Shown here one piece after another: positions 8,276-19,028 of a stretch of 64,000 bases of DNA. A program made the position numbers and the translations under genes. The stretch's first letter is position 1. Each line of letters begins with the position of its first letter. This stretch comes from Smithellaceae bacterium (lineage in GTDB: Bacteria > Desulfobacterota > Syntrophia > Syntrophales > Smithellaceae). Location: assembly GCA_963667845.2 (NCBI GenBank), contig CAXXVL010000001.1, positions 160,001 through 224,000 on the forward strand, given 5' to 3'. The notes under the pieces were generated by a model. The model had not been told where the DNA came from, ran no database searches, and saw nothing but the letters and a program-made list of their open reading frames with translations.

Positions 8276-10069
8276 TTAATAAAGGGCCAGAAGCTGTTCT
8301 TTATATTTCGCGAGAACGTTGGTCCTTTTGAGTTTCATGGTCTGGGTGAGCATGCTGTTGACTACGGTGAAGTCCTCCGTAATGTAAAGAAACTTCTGCG
8401 GAACTTCATAGCCGCCGAATGACTTTCTCACGTGCTCAATGATTTTCTGAGACAGATAGTTCTTCAAATCTTTGCTTTGAAGCGTTTCTTCCGGGGTGTC
8501 TTTGACCCATCCTTTGGTCTCCGGATCGGATTTCAGTTCGGCAAAATCGGGGACAATCACCGCCACGTTGTAATCTCTCCCTTCGCCGTAGATCATGGCG
8601 TTGGCGACATGGCGCATGAGCTTGATTTCATTTTCGATGCTTTCCGGATGCACGTACTTGCCGTTGGCCAGTTTGTACTCGTCCTTAAAGCGGCCGGTGA
8701 TGTGCAGAAAACCTTCTTCGTCGAACCAGCCGCGGTCTCCGGTTCGAATGCCGGCAAAGCCGTTCCATTTATCCGGCAGCATGACCTCTTTGTTGAGCTG
8801 GGGTTTGTTGTAGTAACCCATCATGATTTGCGGCCCGTAAACGCAGATCTCGCCGTCGAGGCTGTCTTTCTCCACGCGGGATTTGTCGATCACAACATAC
8901 GTGTGCTTGATCGGCCTGCCCACGGTTCCCAACTTGTTGCCGAATTCGGTGCAGTTCATGGTAATGCCGCCCGAGGTTTCGGTCATGCCGTAACAATCGT
9001 AGGTCGGCTGCCCGATATCGTGGAAGAAGAGGGCGATTTCCGGTTTTAAGAGCGCGCTGGCGCTGACGATAAATTGCAGATTGCCTCCGAAAATGGCGCG
9101 GACCTTGGAAAACACCAGTGCATCATAATCTTTGAACTCTTTTGTTTTCTCCGGCAGATCCCTGTTTTTGGCCGCTACATCGAGCGCCGCGTCGAAAAAT
9201 TGTTTTTTCACGGGATCGGTATTCACGCCCTGCATGATGGCATCGTAAATCCTGGTGATAATCCGCGGAACGCCGTTGATGGCCGTGGGCTTTGATTCCT
9301 GAACATTCTGCATGAATTTGTCCAGCGATTCGATAAACGCAATGCCGCCTCCGCAGCAGGCATAATTGTGCAGGTCGCAGTTTTGTCCATAGACATGCGC
9401 CCAGGGCAGGATCGAGATCACCTGCGAGGTTTCGTCAAGCTCGAACGTGTCGATGCTGGAGCGGGCGGCCCAGGATGCATTTCCATGGGAGATCATGGCG
9501 CCTTTGGGATCGCCCGTCGTGCCGGATGTAAAAATGATGTGCGCCAGGTCCGACCAGTGCGGTTTGACGGAAGGAGCGGGATTCTTCCTGCCCATTTCCT
9601 CCAGGGCGGAAAGGCTGTTAACTCCTTCGCCGTAAACAACAAAGATCTCTTCGAGCGTGCTGATTTCCTGCTTGAAGTCTTTGACTTTTTCATAAACGCT
9701 CTCGTCGCGGACAAACAGGAATTTGAGCGCCGCGTCGGTGATGATGTATTTCCAGACTTTCTGGAGCTCCTGCAGATACATGGGAACGAATACCCCGCCC
9801 AGCCCATGGACAGCCTGCTCGCAGACGAACCACTCGACGCAATTGTTGATGATGATGCCGGCTTTGTCGCCTTTGGTAAAACCAAGTTTTTTCAAAGCGC
9901 CGCGGAGGCTGTCCACCCGCTCGGCAATCTGCCTGCGCGAAAGCCATTCATACTTTCCGGATTCCGCATTCTTGGTGCCCAGGAATCTGATGTCGGGAAA
10001 CTTGGTGACACTTTGCTCGAATAAATCGACCAGGTTGTTCGGGTAATCATAAACTGTATTCGGGTCCAT
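8276..10069 (-). CDS. Long-chain fatty acid-CoA ligase (AMP-dependent)
   Basis: FTSGTTGDPKG, YGMTET, RTGD and ITGRFKD..KLANGKYV motifs; RBS GAGGAG before ATG 10069. Confidence 0.93.
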   Translation of the reverse strand: MDPNTVYDYPNNLVDLFEQSVTKFPDIRFLGTKNAESGKYEWLSRRQIAERVDSLRGALKKLGFTKGDKAGIIINNCVEWFVCEQAVHGLGGVFVPMYLQELQKVWKYIITDAALKFLFVRDESVYEKVKDFKQEISTLEEIFVVYGEGVNSLSALEEMGRKNPAPSVKPHWSDLAHIIFTSGTTGDPKGAMISHGNASWAARSSIDTFELDETSQVISILPWAHVYGQNCDLHNYACCGGGIAFIESLDKFMQNVQESKPTAINGVPRIITRIYDAIMQGVNTDPVKKQFFDAALDVAAKNRDLPEKTKEFKDYDALVFSKVRAIFGGNLQFIVSASALLKPEIALFFHDIGQPTYDCYGMTETSGGITMNCTEFGNKLGTVGRPIKHTYVVIDKSRVEKDSLDGEICVYGPQIMMGYYNKPQLNKEVMLPDKWNGFAGIRTGDRGWFDEEGFLHITGRFKDEYKLANGKYVHPESIENEIKLMRHVANAMIYGEGRDYNVAVIVPDFAELKSDPETKGWVKDTPEETLQSKDLKNYLSQKIIEHVRKSFGGYEVPQKFLYITEDFTVVNSMLTQTMKLKRTNVLAKYKEQLLALY

Positions 10070-10374
10070 ATTTATCTCCTCGAAATCTGTTAAGATGTAT
10101 GTCTTCCGCCTTTTTGGGGGAACCGGCATCCGCAAAAAGGCACTTGATCTACTTTGAAAATTTTGAACCTGATGAATCAGTCGCTGCTCAATTCCTTTGA
10201 CAAAAGCTTTATAAACGCTGGAAGAAAGGCAGTCAATTTGTTATGTTGGATTGTGAAAAATAATGAATTATGGATAAACCATCAACACAATATCGATCCA
10301 GATGATGTGCCGGCACTTACCGAAAAGAACTTCCGGATATGATGTAAGCTCTTTAAATTATGGAGATAATTAAT

Positions 10375-12615
10375 ATGAAACAGACTGGTAAGGCAATGGC
10401 GGCGATATTATCGACATTCCCATCGGTAGAGTGTCTTACATCGTTTCATCAAATTAAGGATAATACACCGATCTGCGATTCATTTATCGATTTCGCCGTC
10501 CGAAACAGCGTCATTCAGACACCGGACATCGAAAGCCTTGAACAGTTCATCCGCACCCACACAGACAATACGTTTAAGTTCCAATTAACCGGCGAGAGCA
10601 GTTTCGAGGAGCTGTTAAATAAAAAGGAAGAAACGCTGAACCTGAATCTTTCGCTCAGAGCGCTGTGCAATCGGATCAATACCATTCTGACGACGCACCG
10701 GATTGCGCTGCCGCAGGTGACCCATTCGATGCTCATGCGGCTGAAAAAAGAACCTCTGGATACGGACTACAAGATGAACGTGCTCAGAAGCATCGCTTTC
10801 TGGCTGGGATATGAGCGGGCGGAAATCTCGCAGAAGTGGAACTTTGAAAGATTGATCAAGCTATTTCCCGCAAGCGGCGCCTCTCAAAAATCCGACGACC
10901 ACAATGAAGGCGTGCGCATCGGTTTTTCCCTGACCAGCCGCGGCGAAGTCATTGATCACGAAATCATCGGCTGGCTGAAGAAGAATATTAAAAGTTACAT
11001 CACCGAGGCGATCGGCCATTTTCTTTACGGCAAATGGGGCAAAATCAAGGCCTACGACATTACGACATTGTATATCGATTTCCCGAAGGAAAAGGAGGGC
11101 GGCAATCTTGTCCACTACATGGAATGCCTGAAGAGCGCGGTCGCGCTTGCGCACCAGATCGCCGTGCGCTGGCCCCTTTCCAAATATTACAGCAAGAACA
11201 GATTTCTCTCCATCGCCATCACGGCGGGAGAATACGGTGTCCTGGAAAACCACATGTTATCTCTTTTAAACACCAGCCTGCCGGATGACCCCATGATCCG
11301 CATATCGGATTTTGCGCGTCATGGTCTGCTTATTAACGACATCCACGTCATCCTTTGTCCGAAGTCTGTGGAAGCCAGATTATTCAACGGAGAATCTCTC
11401 CCGATCTGGTGGATCACATCCATCTGGACGACCCATTATTTCGATTTTGTCTCCGAGCTGCTCCACGATGACACTTTACAAAATTCCCCCGCTTCGATTG
11501 AAAAACTCGACCGGCTGCTCTGGCCCATGGGTAACGAAGACGCTGCGCGAGGCCATGCGGGCACCGAAAGCGCCATTGCCACTTTTTTCAAGTATCCGCA
11601 TAATTCCTTGCTGGGTGTGGAGATTGCCAAAACGCTCTACTATCGCAAACGTTGTTCGGAAGCGGCGGAAATCCTCCGAATTGTTTTGTCCATCAACCCA
11701 AAAGACCTGGTGGCCCGGACCTTGCGGATGATGCTGCTCCGAAACATGGCGCTCGACACGCCTTCTCACCGATCGGCGGCCGCTGTTTTTCGCCAGGCGA
11801 TCCAGGAAGCGGACAACATCCGGGAGCATTGTGATTTCCATACGGAGGATTTCTACTGCGAATACGCCATCGTCTATCTGGCCCAGGCCATGTCGACCGT
11901 CCGGTACGTGCGGACTCATCCGGAGGTGCAGGCCGATGGCAGAGAGTTTAAAAAAATGCAGCGCGCCGTCTATAAGGAATTGGATCAGGCCAAACAGCTT
12001 TTCGAAAAAGGGATGTCCGTGTCTTCTTCCGGGACCCGCTCATCTTTCTTGCTGAAAATTGCCGCTGTGCTGAAAACGATGCTGGAAGCGGATGCGGAAC
12101 TATTCGTCAATCCGGAAAAACCCATCACCGGCGGCGCCGATATTTTTCAACAGGAATCGATGGACGTGCAATGGCAAATCGGTTATCGCCGCAGTGAACT
12201 GCCCGCGAAGATTCAGGATGAACTGGTCGTCAAGATCACGATCCAGAAGGGCACCATTTACAACGCAGCCATTGCCTTGTTCAGCTATCGGCCGACAACC
12301 CTGTTTTGCAATGCCGTGGCCCTGTGGGATTTTCTGCCGGTTCATACGGTCCTGACGGCCAAAATGGTCAGGGAAAGAATAGAAAATGCCATCGACATTG
12401 CCAGGCGGGCCGAGAAAGAAAATGTCGGCATCTATGCCTTTAACCGCACTTACAGCGAAATAATTCCGGCGGGCGAATATATTGAGCATATGCAAAAGGC
12501 GCTGAAAGTCATTGACGAAGAAGTCGGCGGAGATCTGAGCGGCCGTGAAGATTCGGAAATCATCACGGCCCCCGCGCAAGGCCGGCCGCCGAAGCTGTTT
12601 ACGTTGAATTTTTGA
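10375..12615 (+). CDS. Hypothetical protein; apparent XRE-HTH + degenerate class III cyclase-like + TPR-like domains
   Basis: Long ORF with RBS GGAG; confidence refers to the CDS, while the domain calls are by-eye motif resemblance (see findings). Confidence 0.85.
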   Translation: MKQTGKAMAAILSTFPSVECLTSFHQIKDNTPICDSFIDFAVRNSVIQTPDIESLEQFIRTHTDNTFKFQLTGESSFEELLNKKEETLNLNLSLRALCNRINTILTTHRIALPQVTHSMLMRLKKEPLDTDYKMNVLRSIAFWLGYERAEISQKWNFERLIKLFPASGASQKSDDHNEGVRIGFSLTSRGEVIDHEIIGWLKKNIKSYITEAIGHFLYGKWGKIKAYDITTLYIDFPKEKEGGNLVHYMECLKSAVALAHQIAVRWPLSKYYSKNRFLSIAITAGEYGVLENHMLSLLNTSLPDDPMIRISDFARHGLLINDIHVILCPKSVEARLFNGESLPIWWITSIWTTHYFDFVSELLHDDTLQNSPASIEKLDRLLWPMGNEDAARGHAGTESAIATFFKYPHNSLLGVEIAKTLYYRKRCSEAAEILRIVLSINPKDLVARTLRMMLLRNMALDTPSHRSAAAVFRQAIQEADNIREHCDFHTEDFYCEYAIVYLAQAMSTVRYVRTHPEVQADGREFKKMQRAVYKELDQAKQLFEKGMSVSSSGTRSSFLLKIAAVLKTMLEADAELFVNPEKPITGGADIFQQESMDVQWQIGYRRSELPAKIQDELVVKITIQKGTIYNAAIALFSYRPTTLFCNAVALWDFLPVHTVLTAKMVRERIENAIDIARRAEKENVGIYAFNRTYSEIIPAGEYIEHMQKALKVIDEEVGGDLSGREDSEIITAPAQGRPPKLFTLNF

Positions 12616-12706
12616 TCGGTTTATAAATTCTGAAAGAAGCAGTCAATGCAGATAGACGGTGAAAGGAATTGTTGAGGACAAATCATATCTGATTGAATGA
12701 AGGAGG

Positions 12707-13440
12707 ATGGATATTTCGAGGCACGTCACCGACGCCTCCAGAAGGTCTGTTGTCAAAATCAATCAAGAAGCATTGAAAATCCACCTTGTCAGAGGTTTTC
12801 AGGAACTCAAAACCCGCTTGGAAGAAAAAGAGAAACAAGGCAATGCCCAGGAGTCGAAATCCGGGACGGCGAATCGTAACCATATCTCCACCACCGGTCC
12901 GGATGTTTCTGTAACCAGTCAGGGAGCCGGTAAACCGAAGCTCCAATACAAAGCACACCGCAGTGTTGATGCCAAGTCGGAAATCATCACCCTACCGAGG
13001 TCACGCCTGGTGAAGTCAATGAAGCCCAGCTTCTTTCAACCTTTCTAGCCATACGCCAGGACAATACACAAAAGTCAGCTGCTACCATTGTCGCGGATAC
13101 GAAATACGGTAAAGTTGGAAAACTATCTGAACTGTTGCGATTCAGGCGTTAACGCGCATATACCCGACCTGAAAAGAAGCTAGCAGGAAAGAGAAAGCCG
13201 CCCTGGCATTTTTACCGAAGACGATTTCCAATACGATCCTGAAAGCGATATTTACCTGTCTCCTGCCGGCCATCATTTATAGAAAAGAAACTACAATCCA
13301 AAGCGGGATGCATACGAGTATAAGTGTTCGATCAGTGTGACGTGACTGCCAATGTATAACAGCGAAGTCTGGCAGATCTCTCAAACGGCATTGCCGCCAG
13401 GAAGATTTGAATAAAATGCGAAAAGCCGGACAATCGCAAA
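12707..13440 (+). pseudogene. Degraded IS1182-family transposase
   Basis: Fragments in shifting frames: DASRRSVV, HISTTGPD..KPKLQYKAHRSVDAKSEIIT, IVADTKYG, AHIPDLK, FQYDPESDIYLSPAG, interrupted by stops and frameshifts. Confidence 0.8.
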
Positions 13441-13495
13441 TATCCGGAAAAGATCGATCAATTACAAATCATAATGACATACATGAATACTCAAA

Positions 13496-13533
13496 TTCCC
13501 ATAATGGAACATTCATATTCTCACAATGAGACG
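13496..13533 (+). promoter_or_regulatory. Paired enhancer (UAS) boxes for a sigma54 activator
   Basis: TTCCCATAATGGAACA (13496-13511) and TTCTCACAATGAGACG (13518-13533), 22-bp pitch, resembling the boxes at 23147-23184. Confidence 0.7.
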
Positions 13534-13625
13534 ATGTACTGAAGTAATCATCTATTGCGGCTAACCATTACGTAATAAATCATTATATTCAAGTAATTAC
13601 AGATTCCCTTTATGACCTGCGCACT

Positions 13626-13641
13626 TGGCACTGTAAATGCA
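13626..13641 (+). promoter_or_regulatory. Sigma54 -24/-12 promoter
   Basis: TGGCACTGTAAATGCA, GG-N10-GC. Confidence 0.8.
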
Positions 13642-14228
13642 ATAATCAGAAGTTGATGATTACAATCCTGCCAATATCAGCAGGATGTTGCAAAAACACC
13701 TGATTTTTACAGGTTCTTAAATCTCCAGATATACGGCTTTGTCGAAAGCCGGCGAAAGAAGCATGTACAGGGACGGATGTTGATTTAACCTCTCCAGTGC
13801 CCATCCGGAGAGGTTTGCGCTGCAACCCGGACGATCATTATTTTTAAAACGCTCGCCCGAAGTTCATTATTTAACAACACGGGGTCATGGTTCTGAATAG
13901 ATTCCCCCGCTCCGTTCCCACTGCTTCACTCCCTCCCGCAGCATTAGTTGTCGGAGAAATTTATGAAACAGCAAAGCACCGGGTCATGACTAAATATGCG
14001 CTGATTTGTCCGAGTGCAGGAAAGTCCATAATACGGGAAACGCATTAATCCGGCCGATCAGACGGATTCGCAGTTGCCACGGCATGTGGCTTATTATTCG
14101 GGAAAGGAGGTCTGGGGCATGTAGTATCGCAACGGGTCGTTTCGTTTTTTTATTTCATGTCATTAACCTGTAACATGGAAATAAAGCGGAAGGAATATTA
14201 ATAAGAATCATACTGAGGAGGGGTCTTT

Positions 14229-15491
14229 ATGGAAATTGCAAAAGCAGTAGAAGAGGTTAATGGTATTGAAGTTGTTGATCCGGCAATGCATACAGGGAAA
14301 GTTGCCAGCATAGCGTTTGCCGGATATACTTTCGACGCCGTTGATATGGTGATTACAGCCTTGGCCTTACCCTTGATCATGAAGGAATGGGGCTTGAATA
14401 TGATGCAGGCAGGTGCTGTTGTCACGGCCCTGTTGATCGGCGCCTGTTTCGGAGGATTTATTTTCGGGCCGATCGCCGATAAATTCGGCAGGAAAAAAGC
14501 ATTGATGTGGTGCATTGCCTTCTTTTCAATAACGACAGCTCTTGCCGGCCTGGCGCAGAATCACATCCAGTTGGCCGTCCTGAGGTTTGTAGCCGGGCTC
14601 GGGCTTGGCGCGGAATGGGCACTGGGAACCACAATGATCGCAGAATTCTTTTCAGCGGAAAAGAGAGGAAAAGCCAGCGCATGGATGATGATCGGCTGGC
14701 CCGCCGGTTACTTCATTGCTCTTGGCTTGCAAGCGGCATTAGTACCGCTCTTCGGATGGCGGGCTCTTTTCTTTGCCGGCACGACAGGTATGGTCCTAGC
14801 CGCTTATATTTGGTTGTATATTCCTGAATCCCCCGTCTGGCTCCGAGCCCAGGCAAAAAAGAAGCTGGGTTCTTCTACAGCAAACCCGGTTGCTGCGGTG
14901 AAACTGATGGACCTTTTCAAACCTGCCAACATTAAGATTACTTCGCTGACCACCACCATCTGTTTATGTGCACTGATGACTTACTGGGCGGTCAATACCT
15001 GGCTACCGACACTGCTGTTGCAGGAAAGAGGCTTGAAGCTGAAAGGGGTGATCCTTTATCTCGTCATGTTCAACATCGGCAATGTCATCGGATTTATCTT
15101 CGGAGGACGGATCGGCGATAAACTCGGCAAACGCAATGTCATGGTGGTCAGTGGCGTGCTTTCCGCAATCATGTTTTATGTCTGGCTGGGCATGACCACC
15201 GACATGACGCTGTTCTTATGGCTGGGAGTGCTTTATCACGCGGTCGGAGCTACTTTCTGGGCCACATTGCCTGCTTTTATTGCCGAACAGTTCCCGACCA
15301 ACATTCGTGCCTTTGGCACGTCCACCTCTTATTCCGCGGGACGTTTTGCTTCAACATTGATACCGATGGCCCTGGGCGCGGCGGCAATGAAATACGGACT
15401 TTCGGGTGCTATTGCCTTTATGGCCGTGTTCTATCTAATCGCGTCGGCTGCCACTTTTATGTTGCGGGACAGAGCGAATATTGAAGCCTAG
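14229..15491 (+). CDS. MFS transporter, aromatic/organic acid:H+ symporter-like
   Basis: TM1 FDAVD, GPIADKFGRKK, RFVAGLGLGAE, IPESPVW and EQFPTNIRA motifs; RBS GAGGAGG. Confidence 0.92.
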   Translation: MEIAKAVEEVNGIEVVDPAMHTGKVASIAFAGYTFDAVDMVITALALPLIMKEWGLNMMQAGAVVTALLIGACFGGFIFGPIADKFGRKKALMWCIAFFSITTALAGLAQNHIQLAVLRFVAGLGLGAEWALGTTMIAEFFSAEKRGKASAWMMIGWPAGYFIALGLQAALVPLFGWRALFFAGTTGMVLAAYIWLYIPESPVWLRAQAKKKLGSSTANPVAAVKLMDLFKPANIKITSLTTTICLCALMTYWAVNTWLPTLLLQERGLKLKGVILYLVMFNIGNVIGFIFGGRIGDKLGKRNVMVVSGVLSAIMFYVWLGMTTDMTLFLWLGVLYHAVGATFWATLPAFIAEQFPTNIRAFGTSTSYSAGRFASTLIPMALGAAAMKYGLSGAIAFMAVFYLIASAATFMLRDRANIEA

Positions 15492-15516
15492 TTTTTAAGC
15501 TGATTATCTACCCTCT

Positions 15517-15565
15517 GGCCGGTTTGATCTGAAGCGTGATTGTTTTCAGGTCAAACCGGCCTTTG
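15517..15565. terminator. Long hairpin between convergent units
   Basis: GGCCGGTTTGA.CTGAA...TTCAG.TCAAACCGGCC followed by TTTGTTT. Confidence 0.7.
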
Positions 15566-15812
15566 TTTATCTTCTAAAATGAGCGCTGAAAGCAAACGCT
15601 TCATGCAGGAAAGGACTGTCTCTGCCAAGTAAAGGAAAGGTAAACTGTGGATTAGTGATAGATTGATCGGAAGAAAAGCAAATGGATTTAGAACAGGCTA
15701 ATTTGAAATCGTCACCTGTCTGGTTCGAGTTTGGTGCTTGCCACAAATATGTGCAGCTGCCAGAACCTTTACATAAGGTCAGTGGCAGCCGCTTTTGATT
15801 ACCATGCCGGGC

Positions 15813-15917
15813 CTGGAATATTTCCAACGCGGTGGCCATGGAGACGCTGCCTCCGCCGCAGAGAGTAGCCAGGCCAAGCTTTTTCCCTTTCTGCTTCCAA
15901 GCAAAATGAGCATCCAT
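15813..15917 (-). pseudogene. Thiolase C-terminal remnant
   Basis: KKLGLATLCGGGSVSMATALE is the thiolase C-terminal catalytic-Cys signature, with no upstream body. Confidence 0.75.
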
Positions 15918-16189
15918 TTACTTCAATAAAGATCAAGATCAGAAAGTTTCATTCCCGATTTTGGGGACGAAAGCCGGCGAAAGAGCGGAAAGTCTATCCA
16001 TTGTGAGACCGGGCATGAAATGTTCATCTTTGTCGAAAACAACAGGCGGTTTACTTTTTTCCGGAGAATCTCCGATCTTCTATAACATTTGCTCCTTGCA
16101 TAATTTGTTTCAGAAAAACTTCCTCACCGTGCACATTGCCAGAAACCTGAAACAGCGGAAAGGTGAGGAAGTTCTTATAAGAGGACTAA

Positions 16190-17527
16190 CTAGTGTTTGT
16201 TGTTAGATCTCCAGATACCCTGTTGTTCGGCCGCCTTGATTAGCTCATCGCGGGTATCGGGATGGGCGATGCTGATCAAAAGCTCGGCGCGTTCGCATGT
16301 ACTCTTGCCCTTGAGATCCACGGCACCATATTCCGTAATTACGTAATGCGTCATGGTACGGGGAACCGTCACGATACCGCCGGGTGACAAGGTCGGAACG
16401 ATGCGGGATTTCTTTTCGCCCTTTTTGCTTTCTTTGAGAGACGACAGACAGACAATGCCCTTGCCCCCTTCGGATCTGAAGGCAGCGTTGATAAAGTCGA
16501 GCTGGCCGCCGGTGCCGGTGATGTGGCGAATGCCGGAAGATTCAGAACAGACCTGTCCGTACAGATCGATTTCAATGGCGTTGTTGACGGACACCAGTTT
16601 ATCATGGGCGGAGGCGACATTGGGATTATTGGTATAATCCACCGAGCAGCTGGCCGCGGCCCGGTTCATGTGCAGGAAGTCATATACTTTCTGGGAGCCC
16701 AGCGCAAAAGTATAAACCATTCGGCCCCGATCGAAAGCTTTTCGACGTCCTGTCATAACCCCTGTCTCAAACATGTCGACATAGGAATCCACCAGCACTT
16801 CCGTGTGACATCCCAGGTCTTTGAGATCGGATTGGGCAAGCATAGCCCCTACAGCGTTGGGCATGCCGCCGATGCCCAGCTGAATCACCGAACCGTCTTC
16901 GATCAGTTCCATCACATGAGCGGCAACCGCTTTGTCCACCTCGGTCGGCGCAATAAAAGGCACCTGGATCAGCGGTTTGTTGTCTGTTTCGACAATCATG
17001 TCGACATCAGATATATGCACCGCTTCATTGTTGCCCCCCAGGCAGCAGGGAGCTTTGTCACAGACTTCGACAATCATTTTTGTCGCCTTTTTCACAAAAC
17101 AATTCGTATCAGAATTGGACACGCTGAAATTGAAGTAACCGCGCTCGTCCATGGGGGCAACCTTGATCATGACCACGCCCGGATCGACATAGCGCCTGAT
17201 GAGTTCTGGACCTTCCTGATAGAGCATGGGGATATAATTGCACAGACCCTTGTCATGCAGGATGCGGTCGCCGCCGCTGAAATGCCAGGAGTGATACATA
17301 AAGTGATCCCGCGTCTCGTCGCATGCGCCAACCTGCGCAAGTCCCGGATACGTCACTCCGTAAACTTTAACATCGTTCAATTCATCTCTTCTTTTCGCCA
17401 GATACGGATCCAGAAATGTCGGAGACATTGCGAAGTGACCATAATGCACTTTGTCACCCGACTTCACAACCCCGACCGCCTCTTCCGGGGTAACCAGCTT
17501 TTCTTGGTACTCATTCATCACGCCCAT
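16190..17527 (-). CDS. Acetyl-CoA hydrolase/transferase family CoA-transferase (4-hydroxybutyrate/butyryl-CoA:acetate type)
   Basis: [15 protein letters not shown] (catalytic Glu), [20 protein letters not shown] and VITEYG motifs. Confidence 0.93.
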   Translation of the reverse strand: MGVMNEYQEKLVTPEEAVGVVKSGDKVHYGHFAMSPTFLDPYLAKRRDELNDVKVYGVTYPGLAQVGACDETRDHFMYHSWHFSGGDRILHDKGLCNYIPMLYQEGPELIRRYVDPGVVMIKVAPMDERGYFNFSVSNSDTNCFVKKATKMIVEVCDKAPCCLGGNNEAVHISDVDMIVETDNKPLIQVPFIAPTEVDKAVAAHVMELIEDGSVIQLGIGGMPNAVGAMLAQSDLKDLGCHTEVLVDSYVDMFETGVMTGRRKAFDRGRMVYTFALGSQKVYDFLHMNRAAASCSVDYTNNPNVASAHDKLVSVNNAIEIDLYGQVCSESSGIRHITGTGGQLDFINAAFRSEGGKGIVCLSSLKESKKGEKKSRIVPTLSPGGIVTVPRTMTHYVITEYGAVDLKGKSTCERAELLISIAHPDTRDELIKAAEQQGIWRSNNKH

Positions 17528-17571
17528 GAACACACCCTCCTGATTTTCTCTATTGGTAGTTGACTGCTTAG

Positions 17572-19011
17572 TTATTCAGTAATCTTAGCCAGGGCTTTCG
17601 CCCATTTAATTTTCTGTGGCAGGTTGCCCAGGCGCTGATACATAACGCGCTGGCTCTGGGGAGGGCCTGCGCCGTGCATGCTCTCCACCAGACAAGTTCC
17701 GCCCGTCATATTCTCGAGCAGGCGGAGTATTTTCATCCGCGTTTCCGTCGGAACGCCTTCCACCCCCGCCAGATATTTCTTCACATGCGCTCCGACTTCC
17801 GGACTTCTCAGATCCTGATCAAAGGGAAGAGTCGCCATGATCCCCCCCGCGATATCATGGGCCAGCCGGGAGATTTCATAGATGTTCCGGGTTATGTTGT
17901 GTTTGGTGCAATTGGCGAGCAGCGGATCGGGATAGAAGGCGCCGCTCATTGTTTTCGATCCCATGGCGGAGCAGGCCACCGAACCCGCGTAAACCGTCTC
18001 GGTCAGGTGCATCATCTCGATGAGCTTATCCTTGATATGGGAAGCGTTTGCCGTTCCCTGATACTGGGCGGCCAGCGCCGTGGCGCCGATGATGATATCG
18101 GACACGCCGCCTTTGCATCCTCCATAGTTCTGGCGGTGCAATGTGGCAAACCGTTCCACCAAAAGACCGCTGAAATCAATTTCTCCGCACATAAAAACCC
18201 TGTCCCAGGGCACGAACACGTCCTCGAAGATAATGAGGGCTTCGCCGCCGACGACCCCGAATTCCGTGTTGCCGGCATCAATGCCATCTTCGAGCTTCCT
18301 CTCTTCATTGGATTGACGTCCGAAGATCAGGGTAATGCCCGGTGAATTGAGCGGAATAGCCGCTGCGACGGCGTATGCTTCGTCTCCTTTGGCCATGTTC
18401 TGCGTGGGCATAATGAGGATCTGATGGCTGTTGATCGAGCCGGTCATATGGGCCTTTGCCCCCCGGATCACGATGCCGTCTTCCCTTTTTTTGACAACAT
18501 GCAGAAACAGATCCGGATCGGACTGTTCACTGGGACGCTTGGACCGGTCGCCCTTCGGGTCCGTCATGCCGCCGACGACCATGAGGTTTTCCGATTGAAT
18601 GTACTTTAAAAACTCTACAAATCGTTTGAAGTATGACGTCCCTTTGGCCGCGTCGATCTCATAAGTGGTCGAGTACATGGCATTCAGGGCATCAAATCCC
18701 ACGCACCGCTGGTAACAGCTTCCCGTTTCATGAGAAATGAGCCGGAGCATTAAGATTTTTTTTATCAGATCGTCAACGGATTGGTGAATATGCGTAAAAC
18801 GGTTGATCTTGTTTCCCGTGAGGTGGCTCGTTGCCGTCATCAGATCTTCATTTTCCGGCCGGAGGGCCAGTTCATATGTCTTTGCCGCTGCGTTGATATG
18901 GGGAATCAGGGCCGGATGGGTGGTGACATCCTCCACGCGTTTCCCTTTGTAATAGACATTCAAATGTTGCTTCTTTAAACTTTCAATATAATCCTGCTTT
19001 GTTTTGATCAT
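17572..19011 (-). CDS. abfD: 4-hydroxybutyryl-CoA dehydratase / vinylacetyl-CoA isomerase family
   Basis: [15 protein letters not shown] and HRQNYGGCK (3 Cys + His [4Fe-4S] ligands), [14 protein letters not shown] and ESMHGAG motifs. Confidence 0.92.
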   Translation of the reverse strand: MIKTKQDYIESLKKQHLNVYYKGKRVEDVTTHPALIPHINAAAKTYELALRPENEDLMTATSHLTGNKINRFTHIHQSVDDLIKKILMLRLISHETGSCYQRCVGFDALNAMYSTTYEIDAAKGTSYFKRFVEFLKYIQSENLMVVGGMTDPKGDRSKRPSEQSDPDLFLHVVKKREDGIVIRGAKAHMTGSINSHQILIMPTQNMAKGDEAYAVAAAIPLNSPGITLIFGRQSNEERKLEDGIDAGNTEFGVVGGEALIIFEDVFVPWDRVFMCGEIDFSGLLVERFATLHRQNYGGCKGGVSDIIIGATALAAQYQGTANASHIKDKLIEMMHLTETVYAGSVACSAMGSKTMSGAFYPDPLLANCTKHNITRNIYEISRLAHDIAGGIMATLPFDQDLRSPEVGAHVKKYLAGVEGVPTETRMKILRLLENMTGGTCLVESMHGAGPPQSQRVMYQRLGNLPQKIKWAKALAKITE

Positions 19012-19028
19012 ATTCTTCTCCCTTTGTT

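Noticed and set aside
12707..13048. 113-aa ORF as an independent gene
   Set aside because: It is a frameshifted fragment of the IS1182 transposase remnant.
15567..15917. 116-aa ORF as a functional gene
   Set aside because: Only the first ~35 aa are thiolase-like; the rest is read-through.
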